Assembly: GCF_004010195.1 (NCBI RefSeq)
Contig: NC_057749.1
Coordinates: 13,328,543 to 13,392,542, forward strand
Reading direction: 5' to 3'
Origin: Chiloscyllium plagiosum
Lineage: Eukaryota
DNA length: 64,000 nt
Part shown: positions 63,126-64,000 of the stretch, in pieces
Layout of the letters: every line of letters begins with the position of its first letter
Position numbering within the stretch: the stretch's first letter is position 1
The notes under the pieces: model-generated
Databases searched by the model: none
What the model saw: the letters and a program-made list of their open reading frames with translations, nothing else
Told to the model about the DNA's origin: nothing
Translations under genes and position numbers: made by a program

Positions 63126-63202
63126 AGATTAGTGGTGCTGGAAGAGCACAGCAGTTCAGGCAGCATCCGAGGAGCAGTAAAATTGACGTTTCGGGCAAAA
63201 GC
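63126..63202 (-). mobile_element. Single-arm Penelope-derived insert with 15-bp TSD
   Basis: CCTCCAAACCTTTCC at 63111-63125 and 63203-63217; minus strand GGGCTTTTGCCCGAAACGTCAA (stem II plus GAAAC, CUGA box missing). Confidence 0.85.
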
Positions 63203-64000
63203 CCTCCAAACCTTTCCTGTCTGCTTCACAGCCCTCTGCACTCAAACTGCTGTATGCCATACTCTCTCTCCCAGCAACACGTTGCAACTCATAGAATGAA
63301 CATCACCCAGGGCAATCCCCACTCCAAGTGTTAAATGTCACAGCAGGTTTGAATATTTCACTTTCAAATATAGCCCCCCAGGAAATCTGACAGAATTCAA
63401 TCTTCTGCTGGGGTAGTAGGATTGGCGACTTACAATCTTATCTCTGTCATCTGACTCATTCTATGTGCTTGATGTGTGGATGCCAGTCACCCCTTGGTAT
63501 CTCACCCAATGAAATGTGTGTTGACCTTAAGAGAATGGAGGAGGTGAGCTGGTCCAACATGGGCACTGATTCTGCCCTTGGCTGATGTCCACACGCAGGC
63601 CCCTATGGAGGTGTTACTGATGATTCAATTGTGGGAGCCACATGCTCCTTAATCCGAGACCAACTCACTCAGCATCCAACAGTGATCAAACCTGGCCTGT
63701 ATGACTCAGACTCACACCAGCTGCCATTCAGTATCATTGTTGTGGTATTTTGTGCAAAACATGCTACAGCTCTATCTAGGTAGTGTAATTACTAGGCAGC
63801 ACCTCTACCTTGTTAGTTATTACACTTTGTGGAATTGCTTTGAGCTTCTGTCATTCATTGCTGTAATGTTTCTTGTATTTATCAAGCAAATACACACCTT
63901 TCCAAAGCTACATAATGTCCAACCCATCCAAATGACTAATTACTTCCTTTGTGGCTGTGGGCAGTGTCCCTATCTCTGAGCCAGAAGGTCCAGGCTCAAG

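Overview
Vertebrate genomic DNA, almost certainly from a cartilaginous fish (shark), judged from HE1-type tRNA SINEs with (TAGAT)n tails, HER1/CR1 LINEs and Deu-type SINEs. No host protein-coding exon can be supported. Nearly all listed ORFs are chance frames or decayed retroelement frames. A CpG-rich island at about 6.7-8.45 kb looks like a promoter plus a non-coding first exon on the + strand (donor AAG|GTAACG at 7620/7621), which would make most of the rest of the window a large, repeat-dense intron with a few repeat-free, enhancer-like blocks. The mobile-element content includes a near full-length decayed L1-clade element (-, about 53.7-60.35 kb) with nested insertions, many CR1, Rex1-like and SINE fragments, three solo LTRs, hAT-like and Tigger-like MITEs, and a Penelope 3' end. 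Two systems stand out. (1) A stack of at least six poly(A)-tailed retro-units, mostly about 230-300 bp, all inserted at one 13-bp site overlapping the TATA box of a solo LTR (25.3-26.9 kb). (2) About a dozen short Penelope-derived inserts, often fold-back and flanked by target-site duplications (TSDs), several carrying a minimal hammerhead-ribozyme core, including one with perfect 78-bp inverted arms. Family names come from motif recognition by eye, not database searches, and most boundaries are approximate.
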